Positions 1 to 12,046 of a stretch of 64,000 bases of DNA are shown here, one piece after another. A program made the translations under genes and the position numbers. The stretch comes from an uncultured Lactobacillales bacterium (GTDB lineage Bacteria; Pseudomonadota; Alphaproteobacteria; CAAHEQ01; UBA3637). Within the stretch, counting starts at the first letter, position 1, and every line of letters begins with the position of its first letter. Under the pieces are notes generated by a model that had not been told where the DNA came from, did no database searches, and saw nothing but the letters and a program-made list of their open reading frames with translations. The DNA lies in NCBI GenBank assembly GCA_964414185.1, contig CAYPVK010000003.1, positions 37,085 through 101,084 of the forward strand, given 5' to 3'.

Positions 1-700
1 TCCATTCCAAGGATATATCTCCTATAATCATTTCAATCCCCAAAATTAACGAAGCGTCTTTTTCAAAAAGTACGGTTAAGTTTTCTTTGAAATTTAATTC
101 CTCTTTTAAAAAAATTGTTAATTTTTCTTTCATTTCATCACTTAAATCATCAGATGAAATAATTCGAATATTGTTTTGTTTTAAATAGAATTTTTTTATT
201 TTTTCTTTTTGACTTTTTGAAAGTACGGAAACTTTTTTTTCAAACAAATCAATTGTTTGATAAAGAGGGGTGGACGCGGATAATTCGCTTAATATTTTGC
301 GTGAAAGCGTTATAAAATTATCTGCTAACAAATTGCGGATTTCCAATTGAACGGTTTCATTTTCGCGTATTAAATCATGTTGCATTTTTTCGCGCAACCT
401 TTGTTTTTCAATTTCAATTTCCGCCATTTGCCGTGCTTTAAAAATTTCCACTTCTTTTGTTGTGTCATCATAAAGCTTTTGTCTTTGGGCATTAAAGTCG
501 GCTTGTTTTTGAAGGAGCTTATTATGTTCTTCTTCGGCCGATTTTTGTTCTTGGCGTGCCTTTTGAACACGTCCCATTATTTCAATCTGTCTTTTATCGA
601 CGGCATTTAAAATGGGGCGGTATAAAAATTTCTTGAGCAACCATACCAAGACAAACAGGTTGACAATTTGGGCAAAGAATGTAACCCAGTTGATACCCAT
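1..700 (-). CDS. atpF: ATP synthase b subunit (partial, runs off the left edge) with a delta/OSCP-like C-terminal region
   Basis: Manual minus-strand translation from the ATG at 698-700 gives MGINWVTFFAQIVNLFVWYGLLKKFLYRPILNAVDKRQ.., a b-subunit TM and charged coiled-coil. The reading frame stays open for at least 233 aa. The last visible part (LTVLFEKDASLILGIEMIIGD) resembles the delta-subunit C-terminal motif. Confidence 0.6.
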   Translation of the reverse strand, partial: MGINWVTFFAQIVNLFVLVWLLKKFLYRPILNAVDKRQIEIMGRVQKARQEQKSAEEEHNKLLQKQADFNAQRQKLYDDTTKEVEIFKARQMAEIEIEKQRLREKMQHDLIRENETVQLEIRNLLADNFITLSRKILSELSASTPLYQTIDLFEKKVSVLSKSQKEKIKKFYLKQNNIRIISSDDLSDEMKEKLTIFLKEELNFKENLTVLFEKDASLILGIEMIIGDISLEW

Positions 701-748
701 AATTTAAGCTCCTTTTTCAGTATGACCTAAACAATATTTTTTTACTTT

Positions 749-1027
749 TTATTTTGCGGCCATTTCAACGGCATAATTCCAAAACGGATTGAAATATAAA
801 ATTAAAACGGTAATAACAAACGAATAAATAGCACACGATTCAATCATGGCCATTGAAACGAATAACGTCCTGGTAATTGTCGCGGCTTCATCCGGTTGCT
901 GAGCGATTGAACGTAAAGCGGCGTGTGCGGCGTTACCTTCACCGAAACCCGATCCCATACCGCCGATGGCGATACAAAGCCCTGCCGATAAAACGGACAT
1001 ACCTCCGATAAATGTTACTGCATCCAT
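749..1027 (-). CDS. atpE: ATP synthase c subunit (proteolipid)
   Basis: 92-aa two-helix hairpin with a glycine-rich helix 1 (GGMGSGFGEGNAA) and the helix-2 motif MIESCAIYSF (E, S and Y ion-binding positions). Confidence 0.9.
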   Translation of the reverse strand: MDAVTFIGGMSVLSAGLCIAIGGMGSGFGEGNAAHAALRSIAQQPDEAATITRTLFVSMAMIESCAIYSFVITVLILYFNPFWNYAVEMAAK

Positions 1028-1052
1028 AATTTTTCTCCTTTCTGTAAGTTAG

Positions 1053-1745
1053 TTAGTAATTTTTTAAGTAATCGTCAAATTCTTTTTCCGGTCCGACCGA
1101 TGAAACATACACAATGGCCAAAAGTGCAAAGATATAGGCTTGAATCGTCCCGGTAACCAATCCCAATATTTGCATCGGCAACGGCAACAAAAACGGCACC
1201 AGCATAATCATAACCGAACCGATAACGGCACCGCTTAAAACATTGCCATATAAACGAAATGCCAATGAAAACGTTGATGAAAAATCGCTGAGTATATTCA
1301 TCGGCAACATAAACGGGACAGGATCGATATATTTTTTTAAATATTTTTTTAAACCGGCGTTACGGATACCATAAATCGGCATGGCAATGAAAACGCAAAA
1401 TGCAAAAGCCGCCGTCGTTGACAAAGAAGCGGTCGGCGCTCTGAAGACGGGAATAATCGTTAACAGGTTACTCATTGCGATAAATAAAAAGAATGTACCC
1501 ATAATATATAAATATTTCAAAGGGTTGTCGTTTGAAGCTTCTTTTATTTGGTTGCGGATTGTCATCACTATCATTTCCATGGCCGTTTGGAAGCGCGATA
1601 CACGCAAAGTCGTTTTTAAATTGCGCGTTGCCAACCAAGATAGCAAAACCAAAACCCCCATCACGACCCAAGTATAGAATATCGTGTAATTAATACCGAT
1701 TCCGAAGATATTGAACATAATCAGCGTGTCTAAATCTTCAATCAT
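1053..1745 (-). CDS. atpB: ATP synthase a subunit
   Basis: 230-aa polytopic membrane protein with the conserved a-subunit Arg region (LSLAFRLYGNVLSG). Confidence 0.9.
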   Translation of the reverse strand: MIEDLDTLIMFNIFGIGINYTIFYTWVVMGVLVLLSWLATRNLKTTLRVSRFQTAMEMIVMTIRNQIKEASNDNPLKYLYIMGTFFLFIAMSNLLTIIPVFRAPTASLSTTAAFAFCVFIAMPIYGIRNAGLKKYLKKYIDPVPFMLPMNILSDFSSTFSLAFRLYGNVLSGAVIGSVMIMLVPFLLPLPMQILGLVTGTIQAYIFALLAIVYVSSVGPEKEFDDYLKNY

Positions 1746-2155
1746 TTTGTTTTCCTTTTACGCGAGCCGATTTGTCGTGATGTTAATTTCGTTTTTGAAA
1801 ATTCGGTTGTATTTCGGGTAAAATTTTTGTTTCTATCAACTTTTGCCACACGGGCGGATAATGTGTCCAATACATTGTTTTTAATATATTTTAAAACTAT
1901 TAAACGGGTGATAATGAAACCGATGAATATTAACAGGAATCTTGCGCCGTTGTCATATGAAAAATAAAGGGCGACAAAAATAACCAAAAACAGTCTGATA
2001 ACGGCGGAAATAAATAAAAAGTTGCCTTTTTTTTGAACTTTCGGCAAGTAGAGCAGGGTGCGCCACAAGATAATCAAGTATGCCAATCCCAGCAAAACAC
2101 CCACAGTTAATGAAAATCCGATTTGCATCGGTGTTAAAACAGCAAAATCAAACAT
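1742..2155 (-). CDS. AtpR/AtpI-like small membrane protein of the ATP synthase operon
   Basis: Hydrophobic protein with Arg residues inside the predicted TM helices. It lies immediately upstream of atpB with a 4-bp overlap. Its position matches atpR in N-ATPase operons. Confidence 0.5.
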   Translation of the reverse strand: MFDFAVLTPMQIGFSLTVGVLLGLAYLIILWRTLLYLPKVQKKGNFLFISAVIRLFLVIFVALYFSYDNGARFLLIFIGFIITRLIVLKYIKNNVLDTLSARVAKVDRNKNFTRNTTEFSKTKLTSRQIGSRKRKTK

Positions 2156-2504
2156 TTTTGGTATCCTTTTTACGATTCATTTTTTCCCAGGCCTTTTTTT
2201 TGGCCCGCATGTTTCTGATGACGCCTTCTTTATTAATCCAACGCTGGGCATTGTAAAAACCGATTATAAACCCAATCAAGATTAAATTAAGTGTCCATGA
2301 CATTGGTGGCAACGGGAATTTTTTATCCAACCAACGTCCGATAATGACGCCGATAATGACGGGAACGGAAATATTCCAACCGTATGTGCCCAAAATGGCG
2401 GCATTCAAATACAGTTGGCGGTTACGGCGATTTTCCATTGCTTTAGCTTTTTTTATTAAAGTTTTGGCGGTATTTTGGATTTCGTCTTTGTTACATTGTG
2501 CCAT
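2148..2504 (-). CDS. AtpZ/AtpQ family protein (ATPase_gene1)
   Basis: Motif LGTYGWNISVPVIIGVIIGRWLD typical of the AtpZ family. It sits between atpC and atpR/atpB. Confidence 0.6.
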   Translation of the reverse strand: MAQCNKDEIQNTAKTLIKKAKAMENRRNRQLYLNAAILGTYGWNISVPVIIGVIIGRWLDKKFPLPPMSWTLNLILIGFIIGFYNAQRWINKEGVIRNMRAKKKAWEKMNRKKDTKNV

Positions 2505-2904
2505 TTGCTCCCCCGTCGGATTTAAGAGATTGCAACCCTTTTACAAGCCCGATTTCAAGGCGTGCCATGGTTGTGTTAACTTCTTTGCGTTCTTCATCCA
2601 TTGCTTTAAAATCAATTTCAATCGTTTTTTGCAATTTTTCCAAACTGTCATCCAAAATGGCCAACTTCGTCGATATGGAAATATTTGCGCCTTTTTTGAC
2701 AATGACCCCTTTATTGCAAGCCATATATTTTGTTATGTTGTCCTCATTCGTATAGCTGACAATTGATGGTGTTAAGGCGTTGACATAATCCACATGTTTA
2801 GGCAATAAAGTCCAATAGCCGTCAATGGCTTCGAAATCTATTTTTCGAATAGGCAAGTCAAGCACTGTTCCCGTGGGTGAAAAGACTTTTAATTGCATCA
2901 ACAT
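2491..2904 (-). CDS. atpC: ATP synthase epsilon subunit
   Basis: N-terminal beta-sandwich pattern LKVFSPTGTVLDLPIRKIDFEAIDGYWTLLPKHVDYVNAL. It directly follows atpD. Confidence 0.75.
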   Translation of the reverse strand: MLMQLKVFSPTGTVLDLPIRKIDFEAIDGYWTLLPKHVDYVNALTPSIVSYTNEDNITKYMACNKGVIVKKGANISISTKLAILDDSLEKLQKTIEIDFKAMDEERKEVNTTMARLEIGLVKGLQSLKSDGGANGTM

Positions 2905-4494
<1,590 letters not shown>

Positions 4495-4634
4495 TCAATT
4501 ATATAAAACTATAAAGTTTTTTTAGAACACGGTCAAGGAAAATAAGGTTAAAAAAGTCTTAAAATCTAATTGAATTTATTTGTAAATGAAAGGTTTATGT
4601 CGTTATAAAATTTTTACAATTTGTATAAATACAC

Positions 4635-4662
4635 AATAAAAAAACACCCCGATCGGAGTGTT
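4635..4662 (-). terminator. Rho-independent terminator downstream of tyrS
   Basis: Hairpin ACACCCCGATCGGAGTGT followed, on the minus strand, by a U-run. Confidence 0.5.
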
Positions 4663-4688
4663 TTTGTAAATCAAAAATCAACATATTT

Positions 4689-5903
4689 TTAAACGATATT
4701 ATAAAATCCGCGTTTACCGATTTTGATTTTTATGCCGTTTTGGGATTTTCCCAACCTAAACGTCGGATTGGTTGTTTTTTCTCCTTCAACACTTACCGCA
4801 CCGCTTTCAATTAAACGGCGCATGGCCGATTTGCTTTGTTCGGGTTGTAAGGCGACCCCCAAATCCAATAACGTTATTTCGGCATCGGCGGTTAGATTTT
4901 CCCATTTGACAGCCGTAAATTCTTTAGTATCAAATCCGCGTTGTTGGACTTGTTTATAAAAGAATTCTTGAGCGGCATCGGCGTCTTCGCGGCTGTGGTA
5001 TTGTTCAACAATGTTATAAGCGATTTTCTTTTTAATTTCCATCGGATTGACGGTATTATTTTTTAAATCGGCAATAACATTCGCTTTTGTTTCGGCATCC
5101 CAATCCGTAACCAGATCAACCCATTCGGGGATTAAACTGTCGGGAATGGACATTGTCTTGCCGTACATTTCGGTTGCAGGTTCGGTTAAACCGATGTAGT
5201 TGCCTTTGGATTTGCTCATTTTAATATGGCCGTCCAAACCGCATAAAAGAGGCATAGACAAAACAATTTGCCTGGATTTGCCGTCTTGTTCTTGCAAAGA
5301 ACGTCCGACAAGGCAATTTAAAAGTTGATCGCGTCCGCCGAATTCAATATCTGAATTCAACACGTAAGAATCATACCCTTGCATCATCGGATAAATCAAT
5401 TCGTGCAAGGCAATCGGAATATTGTTTTCATACCGATTGACAAAATCTTCACGTTGCATCATTTGAGCCAGCGTTGCTTTTGATAAAAGTTTTAACGTAT
5501 CGGCCAAAGACATTTTCCCCATCCAATCGTTGTTGTGATGAATGGTTAGTTTGGACGTATCAAATATTTTATCCAGTTGGTCAACATACGTTTTGGCATT
5601 TTGATCGACTTCTTCGGGAGTCAGCGGCGGTCTTGTTGTATTTCTGCCCGACGGATCGCCGATACGTGCGGTAAAATCGCCGATAATCAAATGAATTTCA
5701 TGCCCGTTTTCCATAAATTGTTTGATTTTTTTCAAAGCAACAGCATGTCCCAAATGCAAATCGGGTGCAGTCGGATCCATGCCGAATTTAATGATAAGCG
5801 GACGATTTTCTTTTTCGGCAAGTGCCAATTTTTCTTTTAAACCGTTTGCCGGAACGATTGTTTCAATGCCGGCGGATAATTCTTCATATGAGTATTTTGT
5901 CAT
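4689..5903 (-). CDS. tyrS: Tyrosyl-tRNA synthetase
   Basis: HIGH motif (PTAPDLHLGHAV), KMSKS motif and a C-terminal S4-like domain. Confidence 0.95.
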   Translation of the reverse strand: MTKYSYEELSAGIETIVPANGLKEKLALAEKENRPLIIKFGMDPTAPDLHLGHAVALKKIKQFMENGHEIHLIIGDFTARIGDPSGRNTTRPPLTPEEVDQNAKTYVDQLDKIFDTSKLTIHHNNDWMGKMSLADTLKLLSKATLAQMMQREDFVNRYENNIPIALHELIYPMMQGYDSYVLNSDIEFGGRDQLLNCLVGRSLQEQDGKSRQIVLSMPLLCGLDGHIKMSKSKGNYIGLTEPATEMYGKTMSIPDSLIPEWVDLVTDWDAETKANVIADLKNNTVNPMEIKKKIAYNIVEQYHSREDADAAQEFFYKQVQQRGFDTKEFTAVKWENLTADAEITLLDLGVALQPEQSKSAMRRLIESGAVSVEGEKTTNPTFRLGKSQNGIKIKIGKRGFYNIV

Positions 5904-5950
5904 GTTTTAAACCTTCATTGTTTCAGATACGAAAAAAGCTATCACAAATT

Positions 5951-8122
5951 TTAACCGTTTTCAAGAACTTCTTTAACTTTTTCAAGTAAACCCGCCAATT
6001 CGAAAGGCTTGGCCAAAAATTGAAAAGTCTCATGCTTTTGTGAACCGTGACGCGCGAATTCTTCGGAATAGCCGCTCATTAAAATGACTTTCATTTTCGG
6101 TTGAACTTGTTTAGCTTGTTTAATCAGCGTTTCCCCATCCATGCCGGGCATGACCATGTCTGTCAATAATAAATCAATGGGGGTTCCTTTTTGAAATACT
6201 TCAATTGCTTGTTCGGCATTAACACATTCTATAACCGACCACCCTTTGGATTTTAAAGCGCGCGCCGCCACCATACGGACACCGTCTTCGTCATCGACCA
6301 ATAAAATCGTTACCGTTTCTTTCGGAATAAATGTCGGGCGGATTTTTGCGGTTTTGGACAATGTAACGGGTTTTTCTTCAAACATGGGCAAATATATGGT
6401 AAATGTTGTACCGACGTTTTTAATACTGTCCACCGAAATATAACCGTCAACGCCGCGGATAATGCCGTAAACGGTCGATAATCCCAACCCCGTACCCGAT
6501 GCGCCGCCATTTTCTTTTGTTGTAAAAAACGGTTCGAAAATACGCGATAAGTTTTCTTTGGAAATGCCCATGCCGGTATCGGATACTTGGATTTTGACGT
6601 AATCGCCCGGCGTTATCATATCTGTGCCGCAAGCTCTGGTTTTTTTTATTTTTTCTTTGGCGGCCGTGATTTTAAAAGTGCCGCCGCCCGGCATGGCATC
6701 TTTGGCATTTACGGCTAAATTCAAAAAGATTTGCATCAATTGGTTCGGGTCGATTTTAACGGAACCTAATCCGCGTTTAATATCCGTTTTTAACTTAACA
6801 AACGGTGCAATGGAACGTTGGAGCAGGGCGGATAAATCCACAAACGCGTCATGCAGGGAAATCGTTTTGATACGGCTGGGTTGTTTTCGTGAAAAAGTCA
6901 ATAATTGTCCGACCAAACCGGAGGCTTTATTGGCGTTGCCTTTGATTTGCATTAAATCCAAAAAGTCGTCGTCATCCACTTTGTGGCGTTGCAGCAATAA
7001 ATCGCAAAAACCGATAATGGCCGTTAATAAATTGTTGAAATCATGCGCAACCCCGCCGGCCAATTGCCCCATAGCCTGCATCTTTTGGGCGTGAGCAAAC
7101 TGCATTTCCAAATTTTTGCGTTCGGACGCATCTATCAGATAAAGCGCAATCGTTTGTTTGTCGGCATTTGTCCATCCCAACAAAGAAGTAAATGTTTTTG
7201 CTTCATATTCATTGCCGCTGGTTAATTCGACACGTTCATTTTTTAGTGTCCCATTTTGTAATTTTTGAATCTTGGAGCTTAACACATTCGCCGAATTTTC
7301 CGATAAAATGTCAAAGACTTTCATGGTGTCAAGTTTGCCTTCGGGAATACGTAAAGTGGCGTATAAGGCGGGGTTCGCCTGAATGATTTTGCAGTTTGCC
7401 GCATCCATTAAAATGCATGGTATCGGATTGAGTGCAAATAATTCAATGTCTTTTGACAATGTTGCCGGGCGGTAATCTTGAATAAAACCGTAGTAAAAAG
7501 TATAATTGCCCGTCGTGAACGGGTTTTGTGACAGATGAAAACTTTTTTCGCCGTGTTCTGTTTCCAATAGAACGGTCCCTTCCCATGCCGTGGCGGCCGG
7601 CGGCGTATTTTCTTTGATAAACGTCTTTAATTCCTTACCCAAAATTTCTTTGGGCGTTTTGGAAAACAAAGCACACAATGGTTTATTTGCAAATAATATA
7701 TTTCCTTTTGAATCAACAAGATATAACGCTTCTTTAAAGTTTTTAATTAAGTCTGAAACGAACGATAACTGGCGAGATTGGCTTTCAAAAACAGCCGCCC
7801 GGGGCGCAATGTCGCGTGCAACCAATAAAAAGTTTTTTTGCAGTTTTTTTATTGTGATTTCATAAAGGGCATTTTGCGTTTTGATTTGCGTTTCAATCGG
7901 CGTTTTGGAACAATAGGCATCGATTAATTTTTGAACGGCCCCCAAATCTTCGGAATTTTCCAAAAAAGCAAACGGATTTTCTTTTTCTCCGAATAATTTT
8001 TCGCCTTTTTCATTAGACGCCAAAACGTTGTTTTCGGCGGTGCGGATTTGGCGCGCATCATTTTCGGCATTCAGCAACAATTCAAAAATTTTTTTCGTTT
8101 TATTCATCATGTCATATATCAT
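5951..8122 (-). CDS. Hybrid sensor histidine kinase / response regulator with PAS domains
   Basis: HisKA H-box (VAHDFNNLL), HATPase G-boxes (GTGLGLS) and a C-terminal receiver domain (LLVDDEDGVR...LLLTDMVMPGMDG). Confidence 0.9.
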   Translation of the reverse strand: MIYDMMNKTKKIFELLLNAENDARQIRTAENNVLASNEKGEKLFGEKENPFAFLENSEDLGAVQKLIDAYCSKTPIETQIKTQNALYEITIKKLQKNFLLVARDIAPRAAVFESQSRQLSFVSDLIKNFKEALYLVDSKGNILFANKPLCALFSKTPKEILGKELKTFIKENTPPAATAWEGTVLLETEHGEKSFHLSQNPFTTGNYTFYYGFIQDYRPATLSKDIELFALNPIPCILMDAANCKIIQANPALYATLRIPEGKLDTMKVFDILSENSANVLSSKIQKLQNGTLKNERVELTSGNEYEAKTFTSLLGWTNADKQTIALYLIDASERKNLEMQFAHAQKMQAMGQLAGGVAHDFNNLLTAIIGFCDLLLQRHKVDDDDFLDLMQIKGNANKASGLVGQLLTFSRKQPSRIKTISLHDAFVDLSALLQRSIAPFVKLKTDIKRGLGSVKIDPNQLMQIFLNLAVNAKDAMPGGGTFKITAAKEKIKKTRACGTDMITPGDYVKIQVSDTGMGISKENLSRIFEPFFTTKENGGASGTGLGLSTVYGIIRGVDGYISVDSIKNVGTTFTIYLPMFEEKPVTLSKTAKIRPTFIPKETVTILLVDDEDGVRMVAARALKSKGWSVIECVNAEQAIEVFQKGTPIDLLLTDMVMPGMDGETLIKQAKQVQPKMKVILMSGYSEEFARHGSQKHETFQFLAKPFELAGLLEKVKEVLENG

Positions 8123-8201
8123 ATCAACTGTTTAAAAAAAAATCCAGCATAATTATCCTTATTTCGTCATAAAACTTTCAACAACAATACTTGCAATTTT
8201 T

Positions 8202-8230
8202 TTGAAATTAAGTTAAATGTAATATATAAT
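8202..8230 (+). promoter_or_regulatory. Candidate sigma70 promoter for accBC
   Basis: TTGAAA, a 17-bp spacer, then TATAAT, ending 24 bp upstream of the accB ATG. Confidence 0.35.
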
Positions 8231-8253
8231 ATTTTTTTTAGAAAGGGAATATA

Positions 8254-8706
8254 ATGGAAAACGAACAAAAACAATCTATCAGAGAATTGGCCGAATTGTT
8301 GCATGAGAATAATTTGGGCGAAATTGAATATGAAGCCAACGGTGTTTATATTCGAATCGCCGGAGTATCTCAAAATACAAATATGGTTGTTTCGGGTGCC
8401 GCTCCCGCTCCTTCTGTGATTGAAGATAAAACATTGCCCAGCGTTAAAGAAGTTTCTTTGCCGACGAAAGCGGACGAAACAATCAATTCTCCGATGGTTG
8501 GCGTTGTTTATTTGGCAAAAGACCCTTCCTCGCCGGACTTTGTAAAAATCGGCGATAAAGTATCCGTCGGCCAAACCGTTTGTTTGATTGAAGCGATGAA
8601 AACTTATAACCCCATCAAGGCAACGAAAGCCGGAAAAATTACGGCTGTTTTGGTTGAATCGGGCAGCCCTGTAGAATATGGTCAACCTTTATTTAGCGTG
8701 GCTTAA
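8254..8706 (+). CDS. accB: Biotin carboxyl carrier protein
   Basis: Biotinyl-lysine motif EAMKT within a C-terminal lipoyl-like domain. It is followed immediately by accC. Confidence 0.9.
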   Translation: MENEQKQSIRELAELLHENNLGEIEYEANGVYIRIAGVSQNTNMVVSGAAPAPSVIEDKTLPSVKEVSLPTKADETINSPMVGVVYLAKDPSSPDFVKIGDKVSVGQTVCLIEAMKTYNPIKATKAGKITAVLVESGSPVEYGQPLFSVA

Positions 8707-8708
8707 TT

Positions 8709-10085
8709 ATGTTTGAAAAAGTATTGATTGCAAACCGTGGGGAAATTGCCCTGCGTATCCATCGTGCCTGTCAAGAGATGGGTATTAAAACCGTTGCCGT
8801 TCATTCAACGGTTGATGCAAATGCTATGCATGTGAAATTAGCCGATGAAGCCGTTTGTATCGGGCCGGCACCGGCAAAAGATTCTTATTTAAACAAAGCG
8901 GCGATTATTTCAGCCGCCATGATGACCGGTGCGGATGCTATTCATCCCGGATATGGCTTTTTGTCCGAAAATGCCGATTTTGCCGAAATGGTTGAAGCGC
9001 ATGGTATGGTCTTTATCGGCCCAAGTCCGAAAATGATTCGCATGATGGGTGATAAAGTAACTGCCAAACGGGCTGCCATCGAATCGGGATTGCCCGTTAT
9101 TTTGGGTTCCGACGGAGATGTCAAAACTGTTGAAGAAGCGCTTAAATGGGGTGAAAAAATCGGATACCCGGTAATCGTTAAGGCATCCGCCGGCGGCGGC
9201 GGGAAGGGAATGAAAGTTGCCAAATCCCCCAAAGAATTGGAAGAAGCTTTTTCATTAGCTAAAAATGAGGCCAAAAGTTCGTTCGGCGATGATACGGTTT
9301 ATATCGAAAAGTATTTGCAAACGCCGCGCCATATTGAAATTCAAATTTTGGCGGACAATTACGGAAATGTTGTTCATTTGGGCGAACGTGATTGTTCGTT
9401 GCAACGGCGTCACCAAAAAATTTTGGAAGAAGCTCCATCTCCGGCACTTAATGCCGAACAACGCGCCAAAATCGGCGAAATTGCAACGTCCGCAATGAAA
9501 AAATTAGGTTATTCAAATGTCGGGACAATTGAATTTTTATATGAAAACGGACAATTTTATTTCTTGGAAATGAATACGCGTGTTCAGGTTGAACATCCGG
9601 TTACCGAAATGGTTACCGGCATAGATGTTGTACGTGAACAAATCCGCGTTGCCGGCGGTGCGCCGCTCGGTTATTCTCAAAGCGATATCAAATTGGAAGG
9701 CGCGGCCATTGAATGCCGCATTAATGCCGAAGATCCCGAAACGTTTATTCCGTCGCCGGGCAAAATTACGGCATGGCATGTGCCGGGCGGATTGGATGTG
9801 CGTGTTGATTCGGGCATGTACGCGGGTTATACCGTTCCGCCGTCATATGACAGCTTGGTTGCAAAATTGATTGTGCGCGGGCGGACAAGAAATGCCGTTT
9901 TGATGCGCTTAAAACGCGCGCTTAATGAATTTGTCATTGATGGCATTAAAACAACCATTCCGTTACAACAAAAAATTATTGAACAGCCTGATTTTATTGA
10001 CGGCATGTATAATATCCACTGGCTGGAAAAATTTTTGGAAAACCAAGAAATCGAAAAAAATAACGTTTCGGCGGATTCGGAATAA
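8709..10085 (+). CDS. accC: Biotin carboxylase
   Basis: ATP-grasp fold with the conserved GGGGKGM loop and a biotin carboxylase C-terminal domain. Confidence 0.95.
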   Translation: MFEKVLIANRGEIALRIHRACQEMGIKTVAVHSTVDANAMHVKLADEAVCIGPAPAKDSYLNKAAIISAAMMTGADAIHPGYGFLSENADFAEMVEAHGMVFIGPSPKMIRMMGDKVTAKRAAIESGLPVILGSDGDVKTVEEALKWGEKIGYPVIVKASAGGGGKGMKVAKSPKELEEAFSLAKNEAKSSFGDDTVYIEKYLQTPRHIEIQILADNYGNVVHLGERDCSLQRRHQKILEEAPSPALNAEQRAKIGEIATSAMKKLGYSNVGTIEFLYENGQFYFLEMNTRVQVEHPVTEMVTGIDVVREQIRVAGGAPLGYSQSDIKLEGAAIECRINAEDPETFIPSPGKITAWHVPGGLDVRVDSGMYAGYTVPPSYDSLVAKLIVRGRTRNAVLMRLKRALNEFVIDGIKTTIPLQQKIIEQPDFIDGMYNIHWLEKFLENQEIEKNNVSADSE

Positions 10086-10107
10086 ATAATTTATTTTACC
10101 CGTCCGT

Positions 10108-10134
10108 AAGCCCTTCATCCGAAGGGCTTTTTTG
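10108..10134 (+). terminator. Rho-independent terminator after accC
   Basis: Hairpin AAGCCCTTCatccGAAGGGCTT followed by a T-run. Confidence 0.6.
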
Positions 10135-10213
10135 TAAACTTTTTTGTTGACATACAATAAGATGTGTGTTAAAACGCCTGTCAATAAATTCCATTGATTT
10201 TAAGGACTTACTT

Positions 10214-10774
10214 ATGAAAAAAATCTTTATTTTCATGTCATTGATTATTATTGCGGGCTGTACTTGGATGGGAACGGTTGAAAGTGTCAAAATCGTTCAT
10301 ATCGGCGGAATTGTTAATCCAAATGCCGGTTTTTATATGATTTATCCGCAAAATACAGAGCAAGGGGATATGGCCGAAGCCGTCAGCGTATTTTATAATA
10401 AATTTCATCAATCTTTCGCCACCTTGACGGTAACGCAAACGCATATACCGTTGGAAAAAGGGTTTAAACAAGCGAAATTGCAAGGTGATAAGTACCTTAT
10501 ATCTATGGAAATTCATGAATGGAAAGATGCTTTTTACATGACTTGCAGCAATAATAATTCAAAGCAAACCGCAAAGGGGGCTTCTGTTGACAGCTTGGAC
10601 GTCAGTATCCGCGTTTATGATGTAAAAACAAAAGCATTATTAAATGATCAACGGTTGCAAAACAGCGGATGCCCGTTTGTTTTGCTGGGTATTGTTCCGA
10701 TTGGCAAAATGGGGCCCGATTCAAGATTTGACGATGTATTGGATACCTGGTTTAATACCTTAATTCAAGAGTAA
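10214..10774 (+). CDS. Hypothetical lipoprotein
   Basis: Lipobox signal MKKIFIFMSLIIIAGC. The start was moved to the internal ATG at 10214. Confidence 0.5.
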   Translation: MKKIFIFMSLIIIAGCTWMGTVESVKIVHIGGIVNPNAGFYMIYPQNTEQGDMAEAVSVFYNKFHQSFATLTVTQTHIPLEKGFKQAKLQGDKYLISMEIHEWKDAFYMTCSNNNSKQTAKGASVDSLDVSIRVYDVKTKALLNDQRLQNSGCPFVLLGIVPIGKMGPDSRFDDVLDTWFNTLIQE

Positions 10775-10777
10775 TTT

Positions 10778-11356
10778 TTACCGTTGCATTTGATTAATCA
10801 ACAACAAATTTTCGCAATGTCGGTAAAAGTAAATATTTTCGGCATGTTGCCCTTTTTGCAATAATAAAGGTATGGGACGCAATTTTTTCGAATCGAACAA
10901 AATGTTTGTTTTATTTTGAATATCCGCATGAATTATATTTTTTGGCGGGAATGAATGCTCGTCTTTTTTATCGATTTTATTTTTGTTGCATGATTTGTTT
11001 TCTTGACGTTTTTTTACGATTTCTTTTTCATGTTTCGAAAGAAGACTGTCAAAATTCGAAGATTCTTCAATTATCGGAACTAATTTAAAATATAAATAAG
11101 TCGATACGGAACCAAGAACAACGGATAAAGAAATTAAGCTGATTAAAGCGGTCGAAATGCGCGATTGCCAAAATTCATGTTTTGGCGGCTTTGTATTAAT
11201 TCCGCTTGTTAAAATATCTTTTTGGGGATTTTTTGATGAGAAAGGAACGTTTTGTTTGACAGCAATATCCAAAGGGGTTAACGGGCAATCCCATCCTTTC
11301 GAATCGTATTTATTTTCCTGCTGATTGCGTTTCATTTTCTTCCCCTGTAATGGCAT
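10778..11356 (-). CDS. Hypothetical membrane protein
   Basis: ORF with one central TM segment. No recognisable domain. Confidence 0.35.
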   Translation of the reverse strand: MPLQGKKMKRNQQENKYDSKGWDCPLTPLDIAVKQNVPFSSKNPQKDILTSGINTKPPKHEFWQSRISTALISLISLSVVLGSVSTYLYFKLVPIIEESSNFDSLLSKHEKEIVKKRQENKSCNKNKIDKKDEHSFPPKNIIHADIQNKTNILFDSKKLRPIPLLLQKGQHAENIYFYRHCENLLLINQMQR

Positions 11357-11577
11357 ATTTTATAATAATTTTAAAAATAAGACAACTGAAAAATCATTAA
11401 AATAAGGTTATTTTTGAATTTATTCAATTAAATCACTAAGCGGACATGGGAAAATGTTGCTTGTATTAATTGGTAAATTACTGTTCAATATTCGATTGAA
11501 AGTTTTTTTAATATCGGTTTGGTGCGTGCATATCGCTTTTATGCAGATTGTGTGTAGGTATTTATTTCGGAACGTAT

Positions 11578-11610
11578 AAAAAACCTGTCACAGGACAGGT
11601 TGTTTTTTTA
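11578..11610 (-). terminator. Hairpin plus T-run downstream of tRNA-Asn (copy 1)
   Basis: Palindrome CCTGTCacaGGACAGG flanked by A-runs and T-runs. An identical copy follows tRNA-Asn copy 2. Confidence 0.5.
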
Positions 11611-11685
11611 TGGCTCCGGCGGTAGGGCTCGAACCTACGACCGATCGGTTAACAGCCGATTGCTCTACCACTGAGCTACGCCGGA
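11611..11685 (-). tRNA. tRNA-Asn (GTT)
   Basis: Manual fold: acceptor stem UCCGGCG/CGCCGGA, anticodon loop cuGUUaa, TpsiC arm GGTTCGAGCCC, encoded CCA. Confidence 0.9.
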
Positions 11686-12046
11686 TCCGTAAAAATACAT
11701 TTATCAAATTTTAAAATAAAATGCAAGTATTTTTTATCTAAATAATAATTTTTTTATTCGGTGGAGATAAAATTCATGTAACCTGCAGGGAAAAAAAGGG
11801 AAGGAGTGTGTCAAATTAATTAAACTGTTTTCTGAAGAAGAGTAGAGATAAAGGAGTGATGTAAAGAAAGGACCGTTTCTTTGAGACATGATTTAAAAAA
11901 AAGGCTATATGCTCTGTTTCAAGATTTAATCTTAATTTTTTAGCGGGTTATTAATTTTTCCTTGAACTTTTATTCCTTTTTTTTATGATGCATTCTATCG
12001 GTCGTTTATTTGAAACAAGCGAGTCAAAAGAAAGGGGTATGAAAGC